A DNA stretch of 64,000 nt from Eukaryota sp. GEM-RC1 (taxonomy: Eukaryota), in assembly GCA_040285855.1 (NCBI GenBank), contig JAUFOQ010000004.1:2232001-2296000 (forward strand), read 5' to 3'. The notes below the pieces were generated by a model. It saw only the letters and a list, made by a program, of their open reading frames with translations. It made no database searches and had not been told where the DNA came from. Below, in pieces: positions 1 to 10,563 of this stretch (positions are counted from its first letter, which is position 1; each line of letters begins with the position of its first letter). Position numbers and translations under genes: made by a program.

Positions 1-298
1 CCTTTTGCAGTTTCTTTGTACGGAAATTTTGGTTCTTCTACCAAGGAGTTCTTAAAAATATTTGAAAATTTGTGTTCAGAATTTGGCAAGAAGTTTAACA
101 GATCGTACTGGAAGAGTAGATTTGCTTTTTCGATTTTTAGGTCTATGTATAGATATGTTGATTCCATTTTGTCCAAGTTATTTGGAGGCAACTACTTTTC
201 GGAATTAGGTAGTTCGTTTGATAATTTGATTTAATAGTGTTTATTTATTTGTTGTTTTCTTATTATGTGTTTTTCTCCGCACATAAATCCGTTTTTTT
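1..298 (+). mobile_element. 3' end of an RLE-type (CRE-like) non-LTR retrotransposon, family A
   Basis: Translation PFAVSLYGNFG...YWKSRFAFSIFRSMYRY..ILSKLFG is homologous to the endonuclease tail at 32703-32972. It ends in CATAAATCCG-T7, like the copies ending at 33029 and 35552. Confidence 0.8.
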
Positions 299-1728
299 AT
301 ACTCCACAATCATTTGTTGTTTGTTTCTGTAGCACTGGAACAATAATGAGCTGAAACTCGAGTTGATGAAGAATTTCATGTATTTTTGAAATATCTTGAT
401 TCAAATAAGAGTCACTTTCCTTTAAGTTTTATCAACATCCTGTCTGTGATCTCCAACATCATAAAGAGGATCGAGGAATATCACTTGTAGATCCTTTTTA
501 TCAATTACAATCAAACCCAATGTAAACCAGTCATTGCATCATTTATAGGAAGAAAAAGATATCTAAAATCTGTCTGAAGAATCTTGTTCATGAAAAACTC
601 GTGAAGAGATTGGGTTTCATCAACTAAATATGATTGAATAGATCCAGGAGTTACAAAGGCATTGAAATCAGCTTTGTATATGTCCATCAAATGACGAGAG
701 TACCAATTAACACATTCTTCTGCAATCGATTCTTCAGATGACAACGATTTGATTGCTTCCGAAACCTCTTGTAATTGAGTTTTTGTCAGTTTATTAGAAT
801 TTGAATCTGGAATTTCATCAGTAGATGACATCAGTCTAGAAGGTTCAGATAAATCAGAAGTATCGGCAGTCTTCTTTCTTTTTTTGGCTGGTTGTTTAGT
901 TTTAGGACCTTTTTTCTTTCTTGCATCAGATTTTTTGAATTTATGACGTTGTTGAGAAGGTGTCGAATGAACTGAAAAGTGTTTTTTAAGATTTGTCCAG
1001 CACGTTTAGCCCTCTCTGCTGATTGAGTAGATATAGTATGAGTCAAAACTGCTTTCCTCATTTTTAGAGCATCATAGTCTTCGTTAGTTACGAGTTTGGC
1101 TGAAATTTCTTAAAAAACCATAGATGAACAATCAATAGATGAGTCTGTCAGGCAACAAACTTTTGAATGTACATTAGAATAAAAGGTCCACAGTCATTTT
1201 TAGTTTGCTCTTGCTTTACAACTAGTTTATCCATATACAAATAATTTGCGTCATTAAATAAATCTTGCTGTAATTTTTGGACTACTGTTTCATTGCGAGA
1301 AGTTCGAATTGTATTCGCCAGTTGTTTGAAGTGTTCCTCTTCAGTATACGTTGAGTCGATTAAAAAAAGTCGTCTGATCTTAATATCGCAAATTAGAAGT
1401 GTCCAATGAGTCGGAGTTTTACCGAAAAGGCCATCGTTGATTGGCATGAATATGAATCGTTTCTTCGGAACACAATTATTCATTGATGTTATTAGGTATT
1501 CGAATTTTTTTAATAATAGTTGAAAATCATAAACACCAGAAGAACCAAGCATGTCATTGATTGGAAAGAACTGACAACAACATGAAGTGCTGCTTTTAGT
1601 TAGAAAATGACGGTATAAGTCGATGACGTCATCATTAACCAGACGTTGGGCTCTAATGTGTCGATATTGTCTACATTTGGAGCAGGAACGGGTCTCAGTT
1701 GCTCATCTGTGAGGTCATCTGTAGGAGG

Positions 1729-1790
1729 AGGTCCTGGATTGGATTCTATGTCTCCGTCCGTGGTTAGGTCATGATAGAACTGAGACGATT
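1729..1790 (-). other. 2A / StopGo ribosomal-skipping peptide
   Basis: QFYHDLTTDGDIESNPG|P matches the D(V/I)ExNPGP consensus; the core GDIESNPGP is at 1729-1755. Confidence 0.85.
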
Positions 1791-1931
1791 GTTGATTTAT
1801 TAACACATGAAGGGATATGGGGACCGATGCAAAAATATCACAGCAACAACAGCAAATGAACAAAAGTACGACCATGAGGGTTTTAAAAATCGTTGCAGCA
1901 TCGCCAATGACCGAGCGTAAAACAAACAAAA

Positions 1932-2292
1932 TTGAAGTACATCTGGGGCCACTAAGGACCCGCGACATACTTCGTGTTAAGAACTGATGTTCTTACGAGA
2001 GTACAAAAGACAGAGGAAGATGAGAAAGAGTTGAAGTACATCAGGGGCCACTAATGACCCGCGACGTACTTCGCGTTAAGAACTGATGTTCTTTCGAGAG
2101 TACAAAAGACAGAGGAAGATAAGAAAGAGTTGAAGTACATCTGGGGCCACTAATGACCCGCGACGTACTTCGCGTTAAGAACTGATGTTCTGTCGAGAGT
2201 ACAAAAGACAGAGGAAGATAAGAAAGAGTTGAAGTACATCTGGGGCCACTAAGGACCCGCGACGTACTTCGCGTTAAGAACTGGTGTTCTTT
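1932..2292. repeat. 99-bp tandem repeat, ~3.6 copies (33-aa unit on the minus strand)
   Basis: GGGGCCACTAA recurs at 1945, 2044, 2143 and 2242. The unit translates as EHQFLTRSTSRV(L/I)SGPRCTSTLSYLPLSFVLS(T/K). Confidence 0.95.
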
Positions 2293-2349
2293 CATAATTT
2301 GAGATAGGTTAAGAAGAGATGTGAAAGATATTTCAAATATGGATTCACA

Positions 2350-2358
2350 CTATTTATA
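2350..2358 (-). promoter_or_regulatory. TATA-like box upstream of the 2A/Ulp1 ORF
   Basis: Minus strand reads TATAAATAG about 55 bp upstream of ATG 2295. Confidence 0.35.
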
Positions 2359-2427
2359 GATGTTGTCTACAGTGACATCTTGACATTATGACATCTTCTT
2401 CATATGTTATTGATTCTATTAAATGTA

Positions 2428-2485
2428 TTCAACATTTGTAACAACAACATTTGGTAATACAACATTTGTAACAACAACATTTGTA
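2428..2485. repeat. Short tandem repeat, AACATTTGTAACAAC-like, ~4 degenerate units
   Basis: aacatttgtaacaac / aacatttggtaatac / aacatttgtaacaac / aacatttgta. Confidence 0.7.
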
Positions 2486-3062
2486 GAAGACTATGAGATA
2501 TACTGAAATGTACTGATACAATAAAAATCGCCATTTGTTTACTCTTACAAATACAAACTTTCATCGATATTAACAAATATGATACATGTACTAATACCTC
2601 AAATCAATAAAATCTGATCTGATCTAATATTTTATAGAATAGAAACAACAACAGAAAACCAATCACCAGTCTCTGTCCAACCTCCAACTCTAATAGCCTG
2701 AAGATAACTATTTGCTTATCTCATCGAATGAATTCTTTGTTTATTTGTATAAAGATCCTAACCCAATACATGTTCTTTAGTTGGTACTGCTGATTTTGTT
2801 GGGTACAATCACATTCAATGTAGCATGGATGTTATTAACTCTACAACTGTGTTCAAGACTGTCGATCAGGACTTAGAAGTGTAGTGGATCTACTATTTGT
2901 GAGTCACACATGTCATGGTTCTTAAAGAGAACCCATATAGGATGATCATAATAACGATCAAATTTGAACGAGTATTATTCAAGAAATAGGTCTTTTGAAC
3001 TCATAACAGGTTCAATCTAAACACCGTGTTGTACTAAATTAGTGAATATCACAAAGGACGAT

Positions 3063-5111
3063 TCATTTTTTATAATCTAAAAGGAACGTACGGTCTTCAA
3101 TCAAATCAGTCAATTCTGGGTACTTAGCTCTTAAGTCATTAATAACTTCCTGCAGCCACGTTTCCATCTTCAAGGTCCTCTCTCTTCTCTCATCAAATAG
3201 TCTGTAATATGCTTTATGAGCAATTGCATAAGCTTTGGTCTTTATATAGTCTTCAATGGTATCCAAGTCATTTAATATTTCTGCTCCCTTGTTTTCAGTC
3301 ACAAGTGTCCATTGTTTATATATATTATTGATAGCATCGTTTAACGCTCTAAATTTCGTGAAATCCGTTAACGGGTCACCGCAAAAGAATGTTTTAACAT
3401 CAGGTAGGACAAAATCAGGTATATGTTCAATCTTCACATTTTGATAAGATGGACGTGTTTCAGCTGGAAACACGTTGTCGAACTGGGCTTTCAGACGGGT
3501 TGAGGAACCTATAGAGAAGATAGAATCAATAAGAGGGGAATCGTTGTTCTTACCAGAAGACTGTTGTGGAGCAAACACAGCAGGAAAGGTATCGTCATCA
3601 TTTTTGATTGTAGAGTTCATAATGATTGAGTGGCACGTCACTAAACCAATGATAAATGTAGCAAACCTTTTGTATTGTAGTACTCTAAGACAAGGGATCA
3701 CAACACTTGCCCAAGTACTAATAATAGTTGCTGGTCCCTGCAGTGAACCTTGATGACGTTGGTCCATCATTGTACTAGTTATCAAATCCACTAACTGTTG
3801 CAACTGGTCTGGTTCATGCATTGAAATCCATGGAAGAGGGATTTGATAATGATCTCTTATAGACAAGACAGCTGATTGACTGTGAGATTGAGAGTTTCCC
3901 TCCTCGTCGTGAGTGAGGTTGATGACGATACGTCCTCTCCCAAACCATTTAGTTCCAATTCGATGAAGATAGGTGGCAAAATCAACAGACCCATCTTGAT
4001 TAAAAGGTAAATCATAATTGATTACAAAGGCAACGTGACGCATATCGATTTCACGATGCAGACCATCAGTAGCAATCAAAACTTGAAGCTGTTCCCCAGT
4101 AAAAGCAGTAATTACTTCGTCTCTGTTTTCAACTTCACCAGTCAATAGTCCACATTTTAACCCAAACCATTTAGTGAGATCAGAATGTAACTTGATGGCT
4201 TGGTCCGTAGTTGACACGAAAATAATGGCTTGACCAATGGAGAAATAGTTCTTCATGAGATTTACAAGGAGATTTATTGTTCCATCTTCGGAACAAGTGT
4301 TGAGTGCTGTTTGTAGAATACATGAATGTGGAAGATCGTCCTTCTTCATAATGATTTTGGGACGCCTTGTTGGCTTGTTAGCAATTTCGAAGTAGTAATT
4401 GTGGTGTGCTTCAGGGTAAGTTGCTGAGAAGAGGAGTCGTTGGCAGGAATCAGGGAGAAGTTGGTGTATATGATCTAGGGTTTTGTCTTCATTAAGCAAT
4501 TGATCAGCTTCATCCATAACAAAGACGGTGATGGTTTCTAGGGAGAGTTCCTTGTTCTGGATGAATTGTTGGATGTCACAACAAGTTCCAATGATGACGT
4601 GAGCATGTCTGGGGGATGTCACAATGTTTTCTTTGTTATGGACAGAATCTGCTCTTGGTTCTCTGTATAGAGGACAAATATAGATAGCTGGTTCTGTATG
4701 TTTGACTAGAGTGGTGAACAGTTTGAAGATACCATGGGAATTTTGAGGAGATGAAGTAAGAACAAGAATTTGAGGAACTGAGATGGATCGGTCAACTTTC
4801 ATCAAAGAACAAAGTGCACAAGCCAGGGTTTTACCAGTACCACTTTGTGACTGAACAATACAGCTGGTAGGTGGATCGTCCATCACATTTGAAATCAACT
4901 CAGCTTGAATCTCGGTAGGATTGATGAATCGAAGATCATCTTTAACGGCTCTAAGAAGATCTTCAGATACACCAAGTTCTTCGAAAGTGTAATCAGATCG
5001 ATTTAGTCGTGTGTATGTGGAGTAGAGATCAGAATCAGCGCAAAGATCTGATGCTTTTCCAGTAGGTTTAAAGGACTGAATAAGTTTCTCAAACTGTTGT
5101 TTGTTTGTCAT
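3063..5111 (-). CDS. DEAD-box RNA helicase, Dbp5/DDX19-like, degenerate, with a C-terminal extension
   Basis: Q motif PTEIQ, QSQSGTGKT, DEAD, SAT, IGQAIIF, VINYDLP, YLHRIG. The likely start is MTNKQQ. Confidence 0.8.
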   Translation of the reverse strand: MTNKQQFEKLIQSFKPTGKASDLCADSDLYSTYTRLNRSDYTFEELGVSEDLLRAVKDDLRFINPTEIQAELISNVMDDPPTSCIVQSQSGTGKTLACALCSLMKVDRSISVPQILVLTSSPQNSHGIFKLFTTLVKHTEPAIYICPLYREPRADSVHNKENIVTSPRHAHVIIGTCCDIQQFIQNKELSLETITVFVMDEADQLLNEDKTLDHIHQLLPDSCQRLLFSATYPEAHHNYYFEIANKPTRRPKIIMKKDDLPHSCILQTALNTCSEDGTINLLVNLMKNYFSIGQAIIFVSTTDQAIKLHSDLTKWFGLKCGLLTGEVENRDEVITAFTGEQLQVLIATDGLHREIDMRHVAFVINYDLPFNQDGSVDFATYLHRIGTKWFGRGRIVINLTHDEEGNSQSHSQSAVLSIRDHYQIPLPWISMHEPDQLQQLVDLITSTMMDQRHQGSLQGPATIISTWASVVIPCLRVLQYKRFATFIIGLVTCHSIIMNSTIKNDDDTFPAVFAPQQSSGKNNDSPLIDSIFSIGSSTRLKAQFDNVFPAETRPSYQNVKIEHIPDFVLPDVKTFFCGDPLTDFTKFRALNDAINNIYKQWTLVTENKGAEILNDLDTIEDYIKTKAYAIAHKAYYRLFDERRERTLKMETWLQEVINDLRAKYPELTDLIEDRTFLLDYKK

Positions 5112-5483
5112 TATGCCAGGAAGATTATTGGAGAATTTCAATTTGCAAAAATGACCGAAAAGCACTCATAAGATTGACTGAGGGTAACTACACGTACATG
5201 TTTTTTTCAATTTCAAAGAAGAGTTTGGTTCATTGTGGATTGAAGAATTCTTTAAGAAGTATGGAGGTTCTGATAAACAATGGTTTGTCAGCGTATTTGT
5301 TTTTGGCGAAGCTGAAAGGACATTGGGCTTTTCATTTTTGAATTGAATTGATGTACATGTGTACGTCGGAATAACAGATTCAGCTTATCAATTTGGCAAA
5401 TATTCCATGATGCTTGTCACTGTACCAATCGAATCGATGACCAATTTTATTGAGCCAAATACTGTATCACAAAGTGTAAATGT

Positions 5484-5896
5484 CATAGTTGTAAAATACA
5501 CGAGCAAAAAATAATCCAATACAGAATACAAAAAATACAGAATACAAAAATACAGGGATAAGACTGACGTGGAGTTATACAATGTGACTTTGGACACTTC
5601 TCGTGTCATTATTTGTAAATAAACCGCTTTAAAGTTAAAAAGTTTAAACTCAAAATCATAGTCACCACATTGTATTTCTGCAATGCTTTTAAATAATACA
5701 TGGCCCAATTGTGCTATACAATACTATAATGGACCAGAACGATCTTCAGTCATTTTCATCAATTAAAGGAATTTTAGGGCTGAGAAAAAAATACAGAAAT
5801 TAAAATACAAATACAGTTTTTCGGAAAAATATGCAATACAAATAGAGAAAAATACAGAACACACAAAAATACTGTATTTTGTATTTTTGAACTCTG
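5484..5896. mobile_element. hAT-type MITE
   Basis: Imperfect TIRs CATAGTTGTAAAATAC / GTATTTTTGAACTCTG, subterminal AAAATACAG repeats, and an 8-bp TSD GTAAATGT/GTAAAAGT. Confidence 0.65.
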
Positions 5897-6900
5897 GTAA
5901 AAGTTGATCTATGATTTTATTGTTTTTCAGGGACTTGTGTCAAGTTGTGTGAGTTTATTGAAACACCCAACTGCCTTTTATTGTATAATATAATTTTTAA
6001 TGAAAGGAATGAAAGATAAATAGTTGATAGATGAAGGGGACCAAAATACATATCAAAAACAACTGTAAAACACTAGACACAAAACACTCCTGGTCAACAC
6101 TACCACAGTTCTCATACAACTTCGTGATAATTGGAAAAAATGATGTGCTTGTAAATCATCAAAGAATGAGAAATGATGAGTGAACACTTTGTCAGTCAAT
6201 GTCGAAGATCACAAATACCATTGATACCGCAGGGGTCCGTCTCTTTTGGTAACAATAGACAAAAGCGATCCACTTTTGAATGTTCTATATATATTAACCA
6301 ATATGCAAAATCAAAATATCTTTCAGACAGAAAGCGTCTTGCTTCTGAGTAACAATTTGCAGTATGTCCAGTTTCTAAAACGGGATTGTATGTCTTCTTC
6401 AGATTCTGATGAAGAATTCTCGAGATCTGCAATTCCAAAAACCTATTTCAAAATGAATATAAGGGTGGAACCAATCTTAACAAAGTGCGTTCTCGTAGTG
6501 TTAAGCCAGATGACAAAATAGAAGCAACACCTTTAATTGACCTACCTCTAAAAGTTAAACCAAAATCTAAAAGTTCCACACTGTTAGTACTCGATATAGA
6601 AACTTAAGATGACATTGATGAAGGAAGTTTTGTCGTTCCGATTGTCATGATTAGGTTTTTCTTTTTGTCCTTTTAAAAACGAAAAGCTTTTTAATGCGGA
6701 AAACTATGCGTTTAGCGTTGGAAATGTTACTGCAGTAGAGTCTGTCAGAAAAATTAAAAGTAATATTTTTTCATTTATATCTGAGTCTCATTTGATTTCG
6801 AGTTTCCTTCATTTTTTTAATTCATTGTCACCAGATTTTGTGTCAGGTTTCTATTCTGAGATCTGTTGTTATCTACTATACTACCATCACTCATGAAGTT

Positions 6901-7455
6901 ATGGCAGACAATGTGATCTCATACACTTTTCTTTCAGCCTCTTGGAACTCAACCATCTCTCATAAATTTGGCAATTCCACTTCCTTAGACTACTGTTCTT
7001 TTGCCAGGAAAAATTTAACTTCCAAATTTGGCAACAGTCTAAACAGTGTTTCCTTAAGTATTTTAGCTGAAGGAAAATTTAAACTCAGCAAATCATATTC
7101 TACTCTAACGGAAACGGCTGAAGGAAGAGCTGAATTAGCCAATCACTGCATGAAAGATGTAATTCTAACTTTAAAACTTTTTTCAGTTTTTCAAAGACCT
7201 AATCCCAATGTTCATAAATCAGATGAATTCTACAAAGTGCTAACAGAAATCAGCCGTAACGTGAACGCTGTGTTAAACATGATTCATATTGTAGATGAGC
7301 TTGTTAGAGGAAATGGTAGTGCGGAAGTTTTGCTTCTAGTACACAATTTTCTCATTGATCTAACCAAGTCACTATTATTTGACATTGGTAAGCTATTAAC
7401 TGATGTCCAAGATCACAAAAGCACATCTTCTTCATTGGATATCACAGCTCTCTAA
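6901..7455 (+). CDS. Hypothetical protein (~184 aa)
   Basis: Open ORF from MADNV with protein-like composition; overlaps the next gene by 53 bp. Confidence 0.5.
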   Translation: MADNVISYTFLSASWNSTISHKFGNSTSLDYCSFARKNLTSKFGNSLNSVSLSILAEGKFKLSKSYSTLTETAEGRAELANHCMKDVILTLKLFSVFQRPNPNVHKSDEFYKVLTEISRNVNAVLNMIHIVDELVRGNGSAEVLLLVHNFLIDLTKSLLFDIGKLLTDVQDHKSTSSSLDITAL

Positions 7456-9655
7456 ATCCAGAGTAACTTCCTTTGACGATCTCATTGATGGTTCTGTCTT
7501 CATCCGTGTGTTAGCTCGTCTTTTCCCTAAATCGCTTAACCATCTCTACAAAAACACTCCTCCACCTCCTAATGATACTGAACTCCGTAACTACACCAAC
7601 CTCATCCTTTCCACCCTTAAAAGTGTCGCCATCCCAATCAACATTGTGGACATTAAGGGAATCTTCCAAGGAAAGTTTAGAGCTAGCTATAACTTCGTAG
7701 TTTTACTCTACTTCCTTCATCAACTTACCATATCTGCCGATTTCTCTGTTGACTTTGAGTTTCCTGTTAGCAATGCCATTGCCGGCTTCCTCCAATCTAA
7801 CCAGTCCGTGGAATCTTTAATTAAAGGAGGGGGGTTATGTTTGAAGAAGGACCAAGTATCAAATGCTCTCTTCTTACAAACTTCCACTCCCCAAACTCCA
7901 AAGAGAACTCCTCTTGGCTCACCGCAATCACCACGTCATCAAGTTCGTACGAATATAGGTCAAAATGATCACGTGAACAGATCACGTGAACAGAAAGTAG
8001 AAAGTGTTGTGAATACTCCGGTTAAGGCTTCATCTAAACAAGTTAAGCCTGAGAAAAAGATTACAACTTTGGAAGCTAGTCGTGTTTCTGATAAAGAAAA
8101 CGACCGATTAACAAAAGAAAATCAAATGCTGATCAATAAGATTAAGGAGCTCAACTCGGTAAATAAATCAATGTTGACTGAGATAAAAGAGCTCAAATCA
8201 ATGCCAGAATTGGAAGGAGTTACAGATTTTGCAGTGGCTTATGCTGAACTCAACAATTTGCTTAGTCGTGAATTGTCTTGTGAATGTGGTCAAAATTTCA
8301 ACACAATTTTGAAGTTAATTCAAAAAGTTCATGGTGAATACTTTATTGCAACAAAGACCAATACAGTTTTGAAAACCAATCTTTCTTCTTTAACTCAAGA
8401 TCATCATGCACTCAAGACTGAACTCCAGGAAATCAATTCATTTTATCAAAATCAAATCTCATTAATTAAGAAAGAGTCAATTTTACAAAGTGAAAAATTA
8501 AAAAATGAGTACGATCGAAAACTTTCTTTTACTGAATCTCGATTGGATCTGACTTGGAAGCAGCTGGCGTTTGCACAAGAAGAGCTACAGTCGATGATTA
8601 AGAATCAGGCTCAATCAATCAAAACCAAAACTCAATCAGTTTCTGATTGGTCAGTTGAGTTATCTGATAGAGTTATGAAACTTTCCAACAAAGTACTCAT
8701 TTTTAATAAGAGAGAAGACGTTTGGAATGAACTGTACCAAAAACAATCACAATTGATTGATTGCGTTAAGTCTGGTAAACCGGAAGCCGACTCAATTTCT
8801 GCAGAAATCAACAAACTGTTGGAGCAACTTACTGCTTTTGAAACTGAAGATGATGTGGATGCTGAATCACCATTGACTTCTCTCGAATCTTTGGAAAGCC
8901 ATGTTAGAGATATCGAAGCTCAATTAATAGAGGAAAAGTCTCTAAAAACTCAACAAAACGCAATGATTTGTGATTTAAAAGCTTCTATTAAACGTTTATC
9001 ACTTGAAATTGAAGAAAGTTCATTTGATTGTAGTCTCGAACTTAAAACTCAGATTGCACAATTACAACAATCCCTTGGAGAAAAGAATGAAGAGAAGAAA
9101 GTTCTTGAGAAGAAGTTTGTTGAGTTGGAAAAGAAATTTCAAGATAATGAGATTCAACTTTCAAAATTAAAGGAATTGAATGAATGTGCGAGTATGATCA
9201 ATCAAAATAAGGATCAAAATGATGACGTGGATGATGACATTACTTCTATGTTAAATGAGGAAGTAGAACGATTGCAATCTGAATTGAAAACTCGAACTAA
9301 TGAGTTAGAACAATTGCAGGTTCAATTAGCCGAAAACAATGAAGAAAAACAGGAACTTTTGACTAATATTTCAAATTTGCAACAGCAATTGGATCAAATC
9401 AATGATTCTCAACCCCCATCACTACAATCAACGACTCTCAATCAAACTGAGCCCAACCCTTCTGATTCTGCTAATCTTTCCACTTCTCCGTTTGTTCCTG
9501 AAAGACCAGATTCACCGCCAGAATTCATTGATTCTGAACAGTTGAATGATACGTTCTTTGAAAGCAATGGCCAAGAAAAACAAGAAGAACTATTAGTAGT
9601 TGAAGAGCCAGTTGATGGTGACGTTGACAGTAATCCTCAAGATGATTCGTTGTAA
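7403..9655 (+). CDS. Calponin-homology (EB1/HOOK-like) domain plus long coiled-coil protein
   Basis: N-terminus LLHWISQL..VTSFDDLIDGSVFIRVLARLFP...NYTNLILSTLK...IVDIKGIFQGK; heptad-rich C-terminal half; acidic tail. Confidence 0.8.
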   Translation: MSKITKAHLLHWISQLSKSRVTSFDDLIDGSVFIRVLARLFPKSLNHLYKNTPPPPNDTELRNYTNLILSTLKSVAIPINIVDIKGIFQGKFRASYNFVVLLYFLHQLTISADFSVDFEFPVSNAIAGFLQSNQSVESLIKGGGLCLKKDQVSNALFLQTSTPQTPKRTPLGSPQSPRHQVRTNIGQNDHVNRSREQKVESVVNTPVKASSKQVKPEKKITTLEASRVSDKENDRLTKENQMLINKIKELNSVNKSMLTEIKELKSMPELEGVTDFAVAYAELNNLLSRELSCECGQNFNTILKLIQKVHGEYFIATKTNTVLKTNLSSLTQDHHALKTELQEINSFYQNQISLIKKESILQSEKLKNEYDRKLSFTESRLDLTWKQLAFAQEELQSMIKNQAQSIKTKTQSVSDWSVELSDRVMKLSNKVLIFNKREDVWNELYQKQSQLIDCVKSGKPEADSISAEINKLLEQLTAFETEDDVDAESPLTSLESLESHVRDIEAQLIEEKSLKTQQNAMICDLKASIKRLSLEIEESSFDCSLELKTQIAQLQQSLGEKNEEKKVLEKKFVELEKKFQDNEIQLSKLKELNECASMINQNKDQNDDVDDDITSMLNEEVERLQSELKTRTNELEQLQVQLAENNEEKQELLTNISNLQQQLDQINDSQPPSLQSTTLNQTEPNPSDSANLSTSPFVPERPDSPPEFIDSEQLNDTFFESNGQEKQEELLVVEEPVDGDVDSNPQDDSL

Positions 9656-10199
9656 CTTTGATCGCTTGTGTTTCTTTCAGTTAGCATGTTGTACAGAATT
9701 TTGTATTATTAAATTTAAATATAGTCTGTATTTTTTATTTCAACCACACTTTCTAGAAATGATATGTATCCTCAAAAATAGAGGGATTTTGTTACTTCTG
9801 TGTTTTATTTACCGATTCAAAATTCTAGATGAGACCATTAGTGTTACAACTGACTTGCAATCAAATCTCACTAATTGCTGCTTCAAATTTGATTGAACCT
9901 ACTTCGCACGTTCCCCTATTTAATTTGTCGAAATTGTCTAGTTTTTCTATCTCAATCAGTTTTTTCTCTGGACTCTAATAAAAATTCAAAATCTCAGTAC
10001 AAATGTATTAAACAATTAGATTTACCGGTAACTACATTAAATCAGCCAAATCTGGAGCACGTTGTTTCATAGTCCAATTGAACAGAAATCATTACTATAA
10101 ACAATAAACATTGAACATTATTACAAAGTAACAGTAGCCAGACTCCCTAAAGATGATGATCACGTCATCAACTGACATCTATTGAGTTAACCAAATAAA

Positions 10200-10513
10200 C
10201 TAAAGTTGATTCGATTATTTGAGATTCTTTTGGCGAGCTGTTCCGTCTCAACGCCAATAGAGTTACCCCACACTTTGATCTTTGCAATAGTTCAATTGAC
10301 CTTAAAAGCTTCAGCCAATGCAGTAGCACCTTCAGGACCAATAACGTTGCTTCTAATCTTAATCTGAGTCACTGTTGCATTAACTTTCAACACTTCGGCT
10401 AGTGCAATTGTACCTTCATCACTAATGGAATTATTCCCTAGAATAACCTGGGTAACAGACGTATTCACATTCAAAGCATCAGCCAACGCAGTAAAGGTTG
10501 TGTTATACAACAT
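10200..10513 (-). pseudogene. RNI-like (NLRC3-type) leucine-rich repeat fragment
   Basis: 28-aa repeats ALADALNVNTSVTQVILGNNSISDEG / ALAEVLKVNATVTQIKIRSNVIGPEG; in-frame stop; 5' truncated next to a MITE. Confidence 0.7.
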
Positions 10514-10563
10514 CTATGAGAAAACAACAGATCTAAATTGAAGCTGAGAGTGCACATCTGAAT

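Larger units (their letters stand above)
300..2295 (-). pseudogene. Disrupted polyprotein: 33-aa repeats, hydrophobic segment, 2A peptide, then two Ulp1/SENP (C48)-like protease domains; probably the 5' part of a mobile element
   Basis: ORFs 2041-2295 and 1600-1968 share one frame. Domain 1: WL-NDDVIDLY (after a 1-nt shift at ~1636), IFMPIN, THWTLL, LIDS, QTKNDCGPF. Domain 2: EECVNWY, YLFLPIN, LHWV, FLDP, QTTNDCGV (ends ~301). Confidence 0.75.

Noticed and set aside
1932..2292. CRISPR array or hammerhead ribozyme array
   Set aside because: Units are contiguous with no unique spacers and there are no cas genes. CTGATG is followed by TT, so the CUGAUGA...GAAA hammerhead core is missing.
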